This document shows positions 51,474 through 64,000 of a stretch of DNA of 64,000 bases, piece by piece; position 1 is the stretch's first letter, and each line of letters begins with the position of its first letter. The position numbers and the translations under genes are program-made. Below the pieces are notes generated by a model, which saw only the letters and a list, made by a program, of their open reading frames with translations, ran no database searches and was not told the DNA's origin. Source of the DNA: Octopus sinensis (taxonomy: Eukaryota); NCBI RefSeq assembly GCF_006345805.1, contig NC_043003.1, positions 113,336,001 to 113,400,000 on the forward strand, given 5' to 3'.

Positions 51474-54377
51474 AATTACACATACCACAGTATGTTGTAC
51501 TACGGACCGACAGGAAAGAAAGAAGTCATGGAGGAGTTGCTATGTACATCCGTGGGGACCTCACACCCTAGGTCCTTTTGTCATACTCAAACTCGGTGTG
51601 TGACACACTAATTGTACACATAAGGCAACTTGATGTAGTTGTGTGTGCTACATATCGCCCTCCAGATGCCCCAAGTCATATGGGCAAGTTTGAGGACTGC
51701 CTTTTAAAAATAGAAGAAGTTCTAACCACATTAGAACAACACATAAGTGTACTTCTCATGGGAGACTTCAATCTACCGAATGTCAGATGGCCCGAGGGCC
51801 TTTCTCTCCCAGGAATGACAAGATGTGAACGAGGACAGGCGAGGTCCCTCCTGAACCTCACCAACACCCTGTACATGGAGCAAGTAATACTCCAACCAAC
51901 CAGAGCGGGTAACAAACTGGATCTCTGCTTCACAAATATATGGATCTCATCCATAATGTGAAAGTGACACCGACACTACTCTCGGATCACAACATGGTAG
52001 AGCTGACCATGTACGGGCCAAAAGAGAGCACGGACATGCAGCCTACAAGAAACCCTCAGAGTCTTTCCAGCTTGAACTTCAATAAGGCAAACTGGAAACA
52101 AATTGAGAAAGAGATCCTCAAACAAAACTGGCCTGAATGTCTCTCCTCGCCGGACATCGACATGATACTTCAACAATTCATGTCTGTAATGCAAGCCATA
52201 TGCTACAAATGTGTCCCAGAGAGAAAAGCCACTGTACACAAGAACAAAATCCCCAGAGAGAGAAAAATTTTAATGAGACGGCGCACAAAAATCTCAAATC
52301 GCCTAAACAAACAAATTGAAAGCAGTGAAAAGTCCCGCCTGAAAATAAAACTGTTGGAAATTGAAAATTGTCTGCAACTCTCCCATGAGAAGGAAAGAGC
52401 AGACAAAGAAGCCTGGGCTATAGACAACATAAAAACTAACCCCAGAGCTTTCTACAGGTATGCCAAAGAAACAGCTACGGTGCACTGTAGGATAGGGCCA
52501 CTCCTTGAAAAGGATGGCACACTCACAGGAAAACCAATGAGGGTAAGTGAAATACTGAATGAACAATTCAAGAGTGTTTTCACTCCACCCCTTGGGCATT
52601 TCCAAATCAGCAATCCAACTGACTTTTTTACCACTGCAGATATAGAATCAGAGGCGGCGACGTTAAATTACATCGATATAAAGGAAGATGATGTAATAAA
52701 GGCTATAGATGAAATGAAAATAGACTCAGCTATTGGCCCCGATGGATTCCCGGCAATCCTCCTAAAAGTATGTAAGAGAGTCTTAGCAAGACCACTGCAG
52801 TTCCTCTTTCAGAGCTTCCTTGCAGCTGGCAAACTTCCAAGAAAACTGAAGGAAGGTAAAATATGCCCTATTCATAAAGGAGGTAGCAGAGCGGAGGCCA
52901 AGAACTACAGACCTATCTCTCTGACCTCACACATCAGCAAGGTCATGGAACGAATAGTCAGAAGGAAACTAATCACCTTCCTTGAAGAAAATGACTTGCT
53001 GCCTGACACCCAACATGGTTTCCGACCAGGAAGAAGCTGCTTAACTCAGCTCCTGCAGCACTATGACTGGGTGCTGAAACAACTGCTCAACCCCTCAAAT
53101 GTGGAAGTCATATATCTCGACTTCGCAAAGGCCTTCGATAAAGTCGATCATGGAATGATATGTCACAAACTGCGTGATCTTGGCATAGTTGGAAAACTAG
53201 GAGAATGGCTTCACGACTTTCTGAAGAATAGAAGTCAGGTGGTAGTAGCCAATGGGGCCACTTCCATTAGCACGCAAATAGTGAGCGGTGTTCCACAGGA
53301 CACTGTTTTGGGACCACTACTGTTCATAATGGCCCTCTCAGACATGCCCTCAGCCACGCGGAGAGCCACGATCACAAGTTATGCAGATGATACAAAAGTT
53401 TCACAGGCAATACAGAACCCTGAAGACACTAGGCACCTGCAATATGAGCTGGACGAAATTTACAAGTGGCTGAAAAGAATAGCATGCAGTTCAATGCTGA
53501 AAAGTTTCAAGCTTTATACTATCAGCATGCAAAACTGAATGCAATACCCAAGGAATACACTGGACCCGGAGGGATTGCAATCCCAGAGGCACAATCAGTG
53601 CGTGACCTGGGTATTCACATGAGTGATGACGCGACCTTTCATGTACATGTTGCTAAACTGACAGTGAAATGCAGACGCCTGGCTGGATGGATTCTTAGAA
53701 CCTTTAGAACAAGAGAACAAGAAACCATGATGGTCCTCTGGAAGACACTTGTCCTAAGTCACTTTGACTATTGCTCTCAGCTATGGTCACCATCCAGTGT
53801 CAAGTTGATCACAGAACTTGAGGCGATCCAACGAAGCTACACGAAGAAGATAGCCTCTATGCAGAATGTAAGCTACTGGGAAAGACTCAAGAGATTAAAA
53901 TTATATTCCCTGGAGCATAGGCGGGAAAGATATGCCATAATATACATCTGGAAGATCCTGGAGGGAAGTGTCCTGAACTTTGGCATCGAGAGTTACGCAA
54001 ACGCCAGAACTGGGCGCCACTGCGTGGTGCCTAGGACTCAAACTTGCCATCAAGATGTAGGACAAGATTCTGTGATAGCCTGGGCTTCCGAGGCCCACAG
54101 CTCTTCAATATCCTCCCGATGAACCTGAGAGACCTGCATGGGGTGGATACAGATGTCTTTAAAATGGAGCTGGATCTCTTCCTGTCAGGTGTCCCAGATG
54201 AACCAACTTCACGGCAGGAGGGGCAGATGAGGGCAGCTGCATCGAACTCTCTCATGCACCAAATAGCAGTTGCTAGAAAGCCTCCATGAAGTGAAACCAA
54301 GTAGCAACACCAAATGGCGGTGCCCCAGCATGGCCACAGCTCATGAGCTGAAACTGGAATCAATCAATCAATCAATC
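51474..54377 (+). mobile_element. Young 5'-truncated CR1-group LINE with (AATC)n tail and 15-bp TSD
   Basis: TSD aatcaatatataaac at 51459-51473 and 54378-54392. Confidence 0.95.
51578..54289 (+). pseudogene. LINE ORF2 (APE endonuclease plus reverse transcriptase), broken by about three frameshifts
   Basis: ATYRPP, MGDFNLP, PTRAGNKLDL, SDHNMV (EN); NYRPISLTS, YLDFAKAFDKVDH, GVPQDTVLGPLLF, YADDTK (RT) in ORFs 51578-51961, 51940-53538, 53466-54122, 54044-54289. Confidence 0.93.
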
Positions 54378-55023
54378 AATCAATATATAAACTAAAAAAA
54401 CCTATCAACAATTAAATATAAAATATAAAATATAAAATATAAAATATAAAACAAAACAAAAAAAAATAATAATAATATAATAATAAAATATATACACCCA
54501 TACACATATACCTAATTATATATAACCATATCTAACTACATACACTAAATCACACACCTATATATATACCCTATACATACACATAAAAATGTCTAGGCAA
54601 CTATAAATAAATAAAATAGCTAAATACTTCAACACAGTATTGTGTTGAAGTATTTAGCTATTTTATTTATTTATAGTTGCCTAGACATTTTTATGTGTAT
54701 GTATAGGATATATATATAGTGTGTGTGATTTAGTGTATGTAGTTAGATATGGTTTATATAATTAGGTATATGTGTATGGGTGTATATATAGTTTATTATT
54801 ATATTATTATTATTTTTTTTGTTTTGTTTTATATTTTATATTTTATATTTTATTTATATTTATTGTTGATAGGTTTTTTTAGTTTATATATTTTTATATA
54901 TTGATATATATGGATTATAGATAGGTTATATATGGATTATATACTTATATTTTTCATTCATACTTTAATTATTTTAAAATATTATTTTTATATTTTAAAA
55001 TATTGATTTTTTAGATTGGAAGT

Positions 55024-55066
55024 CCACCTGAAGATTGTCGATCAAGACAAGAAACGATTGTAGTGG
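55024..55066 (+). ncRNA. Minimal type I hammerhead ribozyme (exact inverse of 51297-51339)
   Basis: ccac-CTGAAGA-ttgtc(gatcaa)gacaa-GAAA-cgattg-TA-gtgg. Confidence 0.78.
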
Positions 55067-55240
55067 CGGTTTTTTTGACTATTTATTAAATTTTATGTAT
55101 TGATTAAGTCTTTCCTTGTTTGTTTTGCAAAATAGTGGTTTTGTCTCTAATAATATTTTATAATATTTTACTATAAAATCGATTTAATCCTAAATCTGAT
55201 TTTTTCCCTGTAAATTTGGATTTATTCCCTAATATTTATT

Positions 55241-55241
55241 A

Positions 55242-55274
<33 letters not shown>

Positions 55275-56330
55275 ATATATATATATATGTATGTATATAT
55301 GTATATATATATATATATGTATGTATATATGTATATATATATATATATGTATGTATATATGTATATATATATATATGTATATATGTATATATGTATGTAT
55401 ATATGTATGTATATATGTATATATATGTATATATGTATGTATATATGTATATATATGTGTATATATATATGTATATATATATGTATATATATATGTATAT
55501 ATATGTATATATGTGTATGTATATATATGTGTATATGTATATATATGTATATATATGTATATATATATGTATATATATGTATATATGTGTATGTATATAT
55601 ATGTGTATATGTATATATATATGTATATATGTATATATATGTGTATGTATATATGTAAATATATACTTGTATATATATGTGTATGTATATATGTAAATAT
55701 ATATATGTAAATATATATGTGTGTATATATATATGTGTATATATATGTGTGTATATATATGTGTGTATATATATATGTGTGTATATATATGTGTGTATAT
55801 ATATATGTGTATATATATATGTATATATATATATATGTGTATATATATATGTATATATATATATGTGTATATATATGTGTATATATATGTGTATATATAT
55901 ATGTGTATATATGTGTATATATATATATGTGTATATATGTATATATAAATGTGTATATATGTGTATATATATGTGTATATATATGTGTATATATATGTGT
56001 ATATATATGTGTAATAATATGTGTATATAGATGTATATATATATGTGCATATATATGGTATATATATGTTGTATATATAATATTTATTTGTATATATATG
56101 TGCTTATATATGTATATATGTATATATTATATGTATTTATGTATATATATGTATGTATATATATTTATTTATGTCTATGTAGTAGTATAATATTATGTAT
56201 ATATATATATTTATGTATATGTAGGTCATTTATGTATATGTATTTATATATATATGTATGTATATGTATGTATGTATATATTTATGTATATGTATTTATA
56301 TATGTATATGTATGTAGTATATGTATGTAC

Positions 56331-56369
<39 letters not shown>

Positions 56370-56810
56370 TATATATGTATATATTTATGTATATATATGT
56401 ATGTGTATAAATATATATATATATGCATATATTAATCAATATAGGGTGGCAAAAAATTTTTTTAGAATTTTTTTGGCACCAGCGGCCTAGTGGGAAAAAT
56501 TAAATAGTCATAGACCATTATAAGTTCAACATCACAATCAAGGAACGGCCATAATAGGCCATTCACCCACTAGAAATAACAGCCAAGCTTCAACACCCGC
56601 AAATAAACATAATTCCGCAACCAGGAGAAATTAAAAAACATTTACCCTGTAATTTCTCATACGATGCACCGTTTCATCTATTGTTTAATGGTAAACTAAC
56701 CTGATTAATTAATATATTTTTTCATACATGCATATAAATATGCATATATATTATTTGCATATATGCATAGAAATATGCATATATGCATATAAATTTGCAT
56801 ATATATATGC

Positions 56811-56842
<32 letters not shown>

Positions 56843-56882
56843 GATACATACATATAAATATATATATATATAGATATATTGC

Positions 56883-56921
<39 letters not shown>

Positions 56922-56944
56922 GATATATGCATATATAGATATGC

Positions 56945-56979
<35 letters not shown>

Positions 56980-57028
56980 GATATATATGCATAGATATAT
57001 AGATATATGCATATATATATATATATGC

Positions 57029-57065
<37 letters not shown>

Positions 57066-57070
57066 ATATA
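55241..57070. repeat. Complex TA/TG microsatellite blocks (55241-56432 and 56722-57070)
   Basis: Direct reading. Confidence 0.95.
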
Positions 57071-57074
57071 TTGC

Positions 57075-58140
57075 ACAAATAACAAGTGGTTTTCCACAGG
57101 GCACTGCCTTGGGGCCACTGCTGTCCATATTGGCCCTTTCAGACATGACCTCAGTTGCTAAGATGGCCACCTTTGCTAGTTATACAGTTGACACAAAAGT
57201 CTCTCAGACAATGCAAAACCCTGGAAATATTGCACATCTGCAACAGGATTTGGATACAATATACAGGTGGGCTGAGGACATCAACATGCAGTTTAATGCA
57301 GGGAAGTTCCAAGCCCTGCACTGCCAGCACACAAAGCTGAACGACATGCAGACTGGATATACTGGCCCGGGAAGTATTGCAATTCCTGAGTCAAACTCAG
57401 TGCATGTCCTGGGCATTGACATGAGCAATGATGCATCTTTCCAAGTGCATATTGCCAATTTGGTAATAATATGCAGACAAGTAGATGAATGAATCCTCTG
57501 AACTTTCTGAACAAGAGAGGAGACACTCATGGTCCTTTGGAAGACCTTCATCCTCAGATACTTGGACTACTGCTCCCAACTATGGTCACCACACAATATA
57601 AAGTTAACAGCAGAACTCAAAGCAATCCAACGAATCTACACTAAGAAGATTGTCTCAATGCAACATATCAGCTACTGGGAAAGACTGAAAGTATTAAAAC
57701 TCTTTTCCCTGGAGCGAAGGTGGGAGAGATATGCAGTGATATACAACTGGAAAATCCTGAAGGGCCTTGTTCCGAATTTTGGCATTGAAAGTTATCCCAA
57801 CAGCAGAACGAGGTACCATTGCATGGTGCCAAAGATCCCAACATCACCAGCAAAATACAGGACCAGATACTGCAACAGCTTGTGTTTCAGGAGATCACAG
57901 CTTTTCAATATCTTTCCTAAATGCCTGAGAGACCTGCATGATGTGGATGTGGGTTTCTTTAAAACTAAACAGAATCTCTTCTTGTCAGGGGTTCCACATG
58001 AACCTAACTCGGCAGGAAACACAGATGCGGGCAGAGGCATCGAATTCCCTTGTTACGTGGGTATCAGAGGTGGTTTCACATACTAGTGTAGCTCACACAA
58101 CAGTGGTGCCCAAGCAGGGCCGCAGACCTTGGGCTGGAAT
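57075..58140 (+). mobile_element. CR1-group LINE 3' fragment, older relative of 51474-54377
   Basis: [13 protein letters not shown]; [11 protein letters not shown]; LDYCSQLWSPH; 3' end ggtgccccaagca-like. Confidence 0.9.
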
Positions 58141-58757
58141 ATTTTTAAGGATTGAAGGATGTATGCATATATACATATATGTATATGTGTGTATGTGTGT
58201 GTGTGTGCATATATATATGCATATATATATATATATGCATATATGTGCATATATATATATATATGTGCATAAATCCACAATGTGCTTGTTTAGGCCTTAT
58301 CCCTTGCATTGAATAGTGAACTTTACTCAGCCAGCTGTTTGACGTGAACTGTGTTCACCACGTGTGCAAGCATGCGTAAATTGCATGAAAAATAAAAAAT
58401 AAAAATATAAAAACGAATCGCCGTAAACATTGTAGAAATTCAGCAAAGAAATGAATTTTTGGGATGTAGCCTGGAGGGTTTTTTCGTATTCATTGTTTGG
58501 ACTTTGTGAACACATACCAATTGTTTTCATTGAATTAAATGTGACCATTTTGCGTTGAGTCTACAGTTTGAATCACTTTAACCAAATTTTAGTATGCTGG
58601 ATTTTTGATCATCACGATACATCGCCAGCGACTCCCTGAAATCCCCGTTGAGAAATCTATATACATAAAACTCAACTTGTGTGTCTGTGTGTGTATCTGT
58701 GTGTGTGTCTGTGTGTTTAACTTTTGGATCTACCAAGTTTCATTATTAAGGATGGAA

Positions 58758-59070
58758 ATCTATATATATAAAGCTGAAGTTGTCTGTGTGTGGCAGGTTT
58801 GGTAGCCTTCAATTAACACTATCTCCTTCGAGACCCTGCAGTGCAAGTTGACCAAAATTGAGAGTATGATAGAAGGCTTGCTCTTCATTCTGTATAAGAT
58901 AAAATTCAAATCAGACCATGTTAACATCCAAAATTATTTACATCAAAAAGGTGCTTTTTTTCTATGAAAATCCCTATTTTTACGATTTTTGACTGCTGTG
59001 TCACCATTTTACGGTGTATTTCAACTGGAAAAATGTTCACTTGAAGAGAATAACAAGTTACATAATTGCA
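58758..59070 (+). mobile_element. Probable Helitron-type non-autonomous element, 5' part
   Basis: a|tctatatatataaa start followed by a tgtgtg tract, as in 8276-8597; no 3' hairpin or CTAG found. Confidence 0.4.
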
Positions 59071-59071
59071 A

Positions 59072-59196
59072 TAGTAATAATGATAATAATAATAATAACA
59101 ATAATGATAATAATATCAATGATGATAATAATAACAACAATAATAATAATAGTAATGATAATAATAAGAATAATGATGATAATGATAATAATAATA

Positions 59197-59227
<31 letters not shown>

Positions 59228-59378
59228 TGATAATAATTATAATAATAATGATAATATTAATAATGTTAATAATAATAATAATAGTAATCTCAAGAACAAT
59301 TAAGTAGCAATGAAACGTGCTTGAACCCATTGGAAACAACAGCAACAACAACAATAATAGTAATAATAATAATAATAA
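59072..59378. repeat. Imperfect (AAT)n/(GAT)n tract
   Basis: Direct reading; source of the poly-N and poly-I ORFs. Confidence 0.95.
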
Positions 59379-59617
59379 GAGATGACTTTTTTATATTGTT
59401 GTTAATTTATTTTCATATTCTACAAAATCAAAATGGAAAAAGATTGGTTACATGAGGGATTCTTTTTGTCTTTTATTGACATTTTTCTCTTTTTGATAAT
59501 GACCTCCAGTCTGTCGTCACTGTGTGTAGGTAAATCATTGCATGTGTGGGTGTGTGTTTGCATACATATGTTCATAGATATATTTCTACATATGTAGGGA
59601 AAATAATAATATCAATG

Positions 59618-59653
<36 letters not shown>

Positions 59654-59776
59654 CATACTCCAAAATTAAAAAAAAAAATACATAGCTAACAAAATGTTGT
59701 TTGGTCCAGCTGCAATTAAAAAAAGATATGGCAAGTATGTTTTGTTGGAGTCTATTTCTCATTGTAGAACAGTATG

Positions 59777-59808
<32 letters not shown>

Positions 59809-59849
59809 TACGCACGCACACACACACACACTCACGCATATATATATAT

Positions 59850-59892
<43 letters not shown>

Positions 59893-60446
59893 CATACATA
59901 CATATATATATATATATGTATAGGAAAAGTAGGTGTTGAATTGTGTAAACATACATTTTTTTTTTTCAGTTTCGTCAATTCTATTTTTTTTTTCTATGTT
60001 TGATCTTTGTTTAGCAACAAGATCTAAGTTTTCAAAAGCAGATGAGAAAGAGAGGGTGGGGGAGTGAGTGAAGGGAAGAGAGATGGAGAAAGAGATAAAG
60101 AAAGAGAGATTTTTTTTTTTTTTCATTTTAAATTTCAATCCTGCATAGAACATGCTCAACTAACAATTTATTACAGGTTGGCCCTCCAGTAAGTTTCTAT
60201 AAAAAAAGTTTATTTTTCATCACATTTTTCTATTTATCATTTCCTTCTCCACCTAGAACAAATTAATCAATCAATTAATCAAGCTATTTTATCCATCCAT
60301 CAATTAATTGATCAAGATGTACCGAGAAATATTCCTTGAAATCTATCACAGGATCTAAACAAGATCTTGTCTTTCCCCCCATTACCAATCAATGGGATAC
60401 AAAAGCATTGCCGCCTATATACATACATGCATACATACATACATAC

Positions 60447-60484
<38 letters not shown>

Positions 60485-60792
60485 GTATATATATATATAT
60501 GTATATATATATATGTATATATAGATATAGATATATAAACACACACATATATATATACAAAACTGCACACGTACACACACACACACACAAAATTAAATAT
60601 CTTATTTTCCGCAGCTAACTTTGAACCGAGGGCAGGTAGAATCTTGTGTCTTGCTTAGGGGCACAATGAAAATGCATGCAGCATCAAAATATAAGCTTGT
60701 AAACCCATGTACCAAACATTAACTAATATATATACACACATATATATATATACATACAGTGTACCTTTAAACACATAAGAGGTATTGTTTAT

Positions 60793-60852
<60 letters not shown>

Positions 60853-61574
60853 ATTGGGACCACACTTGCAGGCACATCATAAAGATTCAGCCATTTGTAT
60901 CACTTGTCTGTATAGATTTGTTTAAACTGCAATAAGGAATGCAGTGTTGATTCCAACAAAAGTGTATACGGTGAGAAAACAGTCAAATAAAAGAGAATGG
61001 TAGAACTGGAACAAGGAACTGGAAATGTACATTGCATTTGCAGGCATACACATCATAAACACTTACATATTATTTAAACAAACATACTTACACAGAGATT
61101 ACCACACAAACGCTTACAAACAAACACATGAATTCAGTAGTACACATTAGATAAATCTATATGTATAAATATGTGTTGGAGTCCATGTGTGCATGTGGAC
61201 CTAAGATTTTGTTGCTATATAAAATATACAGCTGTATCAATGCATGTATTATTACACATGTAGGAACATTCATTCAGTTTTACATCTGTTCTTTTCATAC
61301 ACACATGGGTTAGATGAGTATTCTATTGAAACATTGCTTCACACTTGGACGTCCTTCTTCTTCTGGCTAAACCTTCTTTGCTTTTCAAGTAGAGGTCTCC
61401 TATTTCATGTGTCTGAAGGCACAAAGTATGCAGGGAACTTGTCAACAAGATAACTGACAAAAACACCACTTGCAATGAGTGACCTTCATAGAGCCAGGCA
61501 CACTCACATATGTACGTGTGTGTGTGTGGTATACAGGTATATATATATAGATAGACAGAGAGATGTAGGTATCG

Positions 61575-61830
61575 TTGTGTGGTCGAGGAATTTGCTTCCC
61601 AACCATGTAGCCTTAGGTTCCATGCCACTTCTTGACACTTTGGACAAGTGTTTCTTTTATAGCCCTGGGCCATCCAAAACCTTCTTGACACTTTGGACAA
61701 GTGTTTCTTTTATAGCCCTGGGCCATCCAAAACCTTCTTGATACTTTGGACAAGTGTTTCTTTTATAGCCCTGGGCCATCCAAAACATTGCAGGTGGATT
61801 TGGTAGATGGAAACTGGAAACAGCCCATGT
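61575..61830 (+). mobile_element. Degenerate SINE family A with an internal 53-bp triplication
   Basis: cttcttgacactttggacaagtgtttcttttatagccctgggccatccaaaac x3 at 61628, 61681, 61734. Confidence 0.85.
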
Positions 61831-62874
61831 GTATGCATGTTTATGCCACATGTGGTGCTTGTAAACAATTATCACCCTCATGAAAATGATGTTTAACTGT
61901 TAGATAGAATGACCACCGCACCTGGAGACAGGTGAGGGTTGGCAACTCAAAGGGTATCCGATCCCAGAAAATCCATTCAATAAATGATATCAGTCAATGC
62001 AAGTATGGAAAATGAATGTGGAATGATGATAAGGATTACATACATCTATCTACTAATCCATCTATATTTCTGTGTGTGTGTGTGTGTGTGTGTGTATCGG
62101 TGTATAAATATATATATATCTATGTTTATATATATTTAATCCATAACCATTACTCCAAGAAAATATATTTTGCTGGACTAAAGATGATGGATTGAATATT
62201 TTATTCACTTTCAGAATTATAATTGAATAATTAATTCTAAACGGGTGGACATAATACCCACATCCCATGAATGTGTGCGTGTGTCTCTCTACATATAGGA
62301 GCAAATAAATATATATATATATATATATACATGCATATACATATATATATATACATATAAAACTATATATATATACACATATATATACATATACATACAT
62401 ATATATATACATGTATATACATATGCATACATATATATATATACATATGTATACATATATATACATATGTATACATATATATATACACACACATATATAC
62501 ATCATCATCATCGTTTAGCGTCACACACACATATATACATATATATATACATATACATATACACACATATATACATATATATCTATATACACACATACAT
62601 ATATATATATATATATTTATATACATGGCAAATGCATATCTAATTGTCCTACATAATTCAAAAATTATATTGCATATGTATTTTGTTTGTATATATAAAT
62701 GGCACACACAAACACATTCATCAGTATGTGTGTAGAAATTCATGAACATATGTACTCATAAATCTGTAAGCATCTCCTAAAGACAGATACATAGGTATTT
62801 GTATGCATTGCATTCATATTTACATACATACCTTCATCATATATATATGTGTGTATATATATACATATATACAT

Positions 62875-62924
<50 letters not shown>

Positions 62925-63011
62925 ATACATATATACTGGAGTAAACACATAAATGTGAAACAAGGTGGAAAAAAAGAGTACTCAAATACCAGGGGTAGAA
63001 TTTTAACAAAA

Positions 63012-63049
63012 CTGTCCGACGAACGGAAACGTGAAACTCCGAGTAACAG
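63012..63049 (+). ncRNA. Minimal type I hammerhead motif, CCGACGA core variant
   Basis: ctgt-CCGACGA-acg(gaaa)cgt-GAAA-ctccgag-TA-acag; followed by AATAAA at ~63076. Confidence 0.6.
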
Positions 63050-63091
63050 GTTTTGCTGAATTTCTGCTGCTTTTAAATAAAGTATATATAT

Positions 63092-63134
<43 letters not shown>

Positions 63135-63226
63135 TATATACATACAGATATATATATACACACTATATACACAAACCTATCTGTAAATTACCGTGTGTGT
63201 GGTTAGCTTTATTTGTTTGTATTTAC

Positions 63227-63257
<31 letters not shown>

Positions 63258-64000
63258 ATAATGAGAATGGCTTTTCTTTTAGAGAAAGCCCAAACTCTTC
63301 TGTTTCTTTGTTCAAGGCCTTTCCAGACTCAATATTTGATGAGCTGACATCCGTTTATTCAGCCCAGTTAATTCACTGAATGCACTATCGTCTTCCCTTT
63401 GTTTCCTTGTTCTGGTTGTTGTTGTCATGACTACCAGAATTTTAAGTTTGACTCTTATATTTCTGTGTCATCAATCAAGTGTATGTTTTACTTTATGACT
63501 CCTGTATTTTACCTGTGTGTATTTACTTGTGTCTGTTACCTGTGTGTGCGTGTGTTTAATTAACATTCAGCCATGCTCTGAGTATTCTTTTAACTATTAA
63601 ATCCTTAATTCGAATTCATTTGTCTGTTTTTATTACCTTGCAATTGTTGTTTTTGTAGCAATGTGTAAAGTGGACGCACAGGAGTCTACTATTACTAGAC
63701 ACAAGTACGACACAATATCACATAGGGATAGTTGTGATCTTTACGACTTTACAATCGTATTCCTAATTTCCATTTCTCAGAAGTCCTTTGCGCTAGTTTG
63801 TCGATGGGTTTCCATGCCTACAGTCATTCGTTATTGAATATGAAGGTGAAATATTATCCGTGTTAATGATTTAATGTAATATATTTTGGATTCAATTTTA
63901 TGACGTTTATATTTTTATTTATCTATTCTCTAGTTTCAATATATTTAATTTATCTAATGGCCTTTGTGTGTGGTTTGTACCTAAAATAAACACACAAACA

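Larger units (their letters stand above)
51199..55160. repeat. ~520-bp-arm palindrome (apex GTAT 54637-54640), left arm split by a LINE
   Basis: 51199-51473 joined to 54393-54636 is the near-perfect reverse complement of 54641-55160. Confidence 0.9.

Noticed and set aside
51940-53538. Functional host or domesticated RT gene
   Set aside because: It is part of a 5'-truncated, frameshifted LINE with a tail and TSD

Overview
AT-rich, repeat-saturated eukaryotic DNA, most likely intergenic or intronic sequence from an octopod cephalopod. The organism call is an inference from the tRNA-derived SINE families, the very long TA/TG microsatellites and the LINE repertoire. No intact host protein-coding gene is recognisable. 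The window is a mosaic of decayed LINEs (CR1-group, L1/Tx1-like, R4/Dong-like with restriction-like endonuclease), Penelope-like elements (PLEs), mariner and hAT/Buster transposase remnants, a non-autonomous Helitron, two copies of a GG-ended MITE with 8-bp TSDs, about 20 SINE copies of four families (labelled A-D here) and many microsatellites. The most notable unannotated layer is RNA structure. About nine minimal type I hammerhead-ribozyme motifs are readable by eye, including non-canonical core variants. PLE termini repeatedly form fold-back palindromes. The largest (50.8-55.2 kb) carries three hammerheads and was split by a young 2.9-kb CR1 insertion with a 15-bp TSD. All calls are by-eye and coordinates of degenerate elements are approximate.
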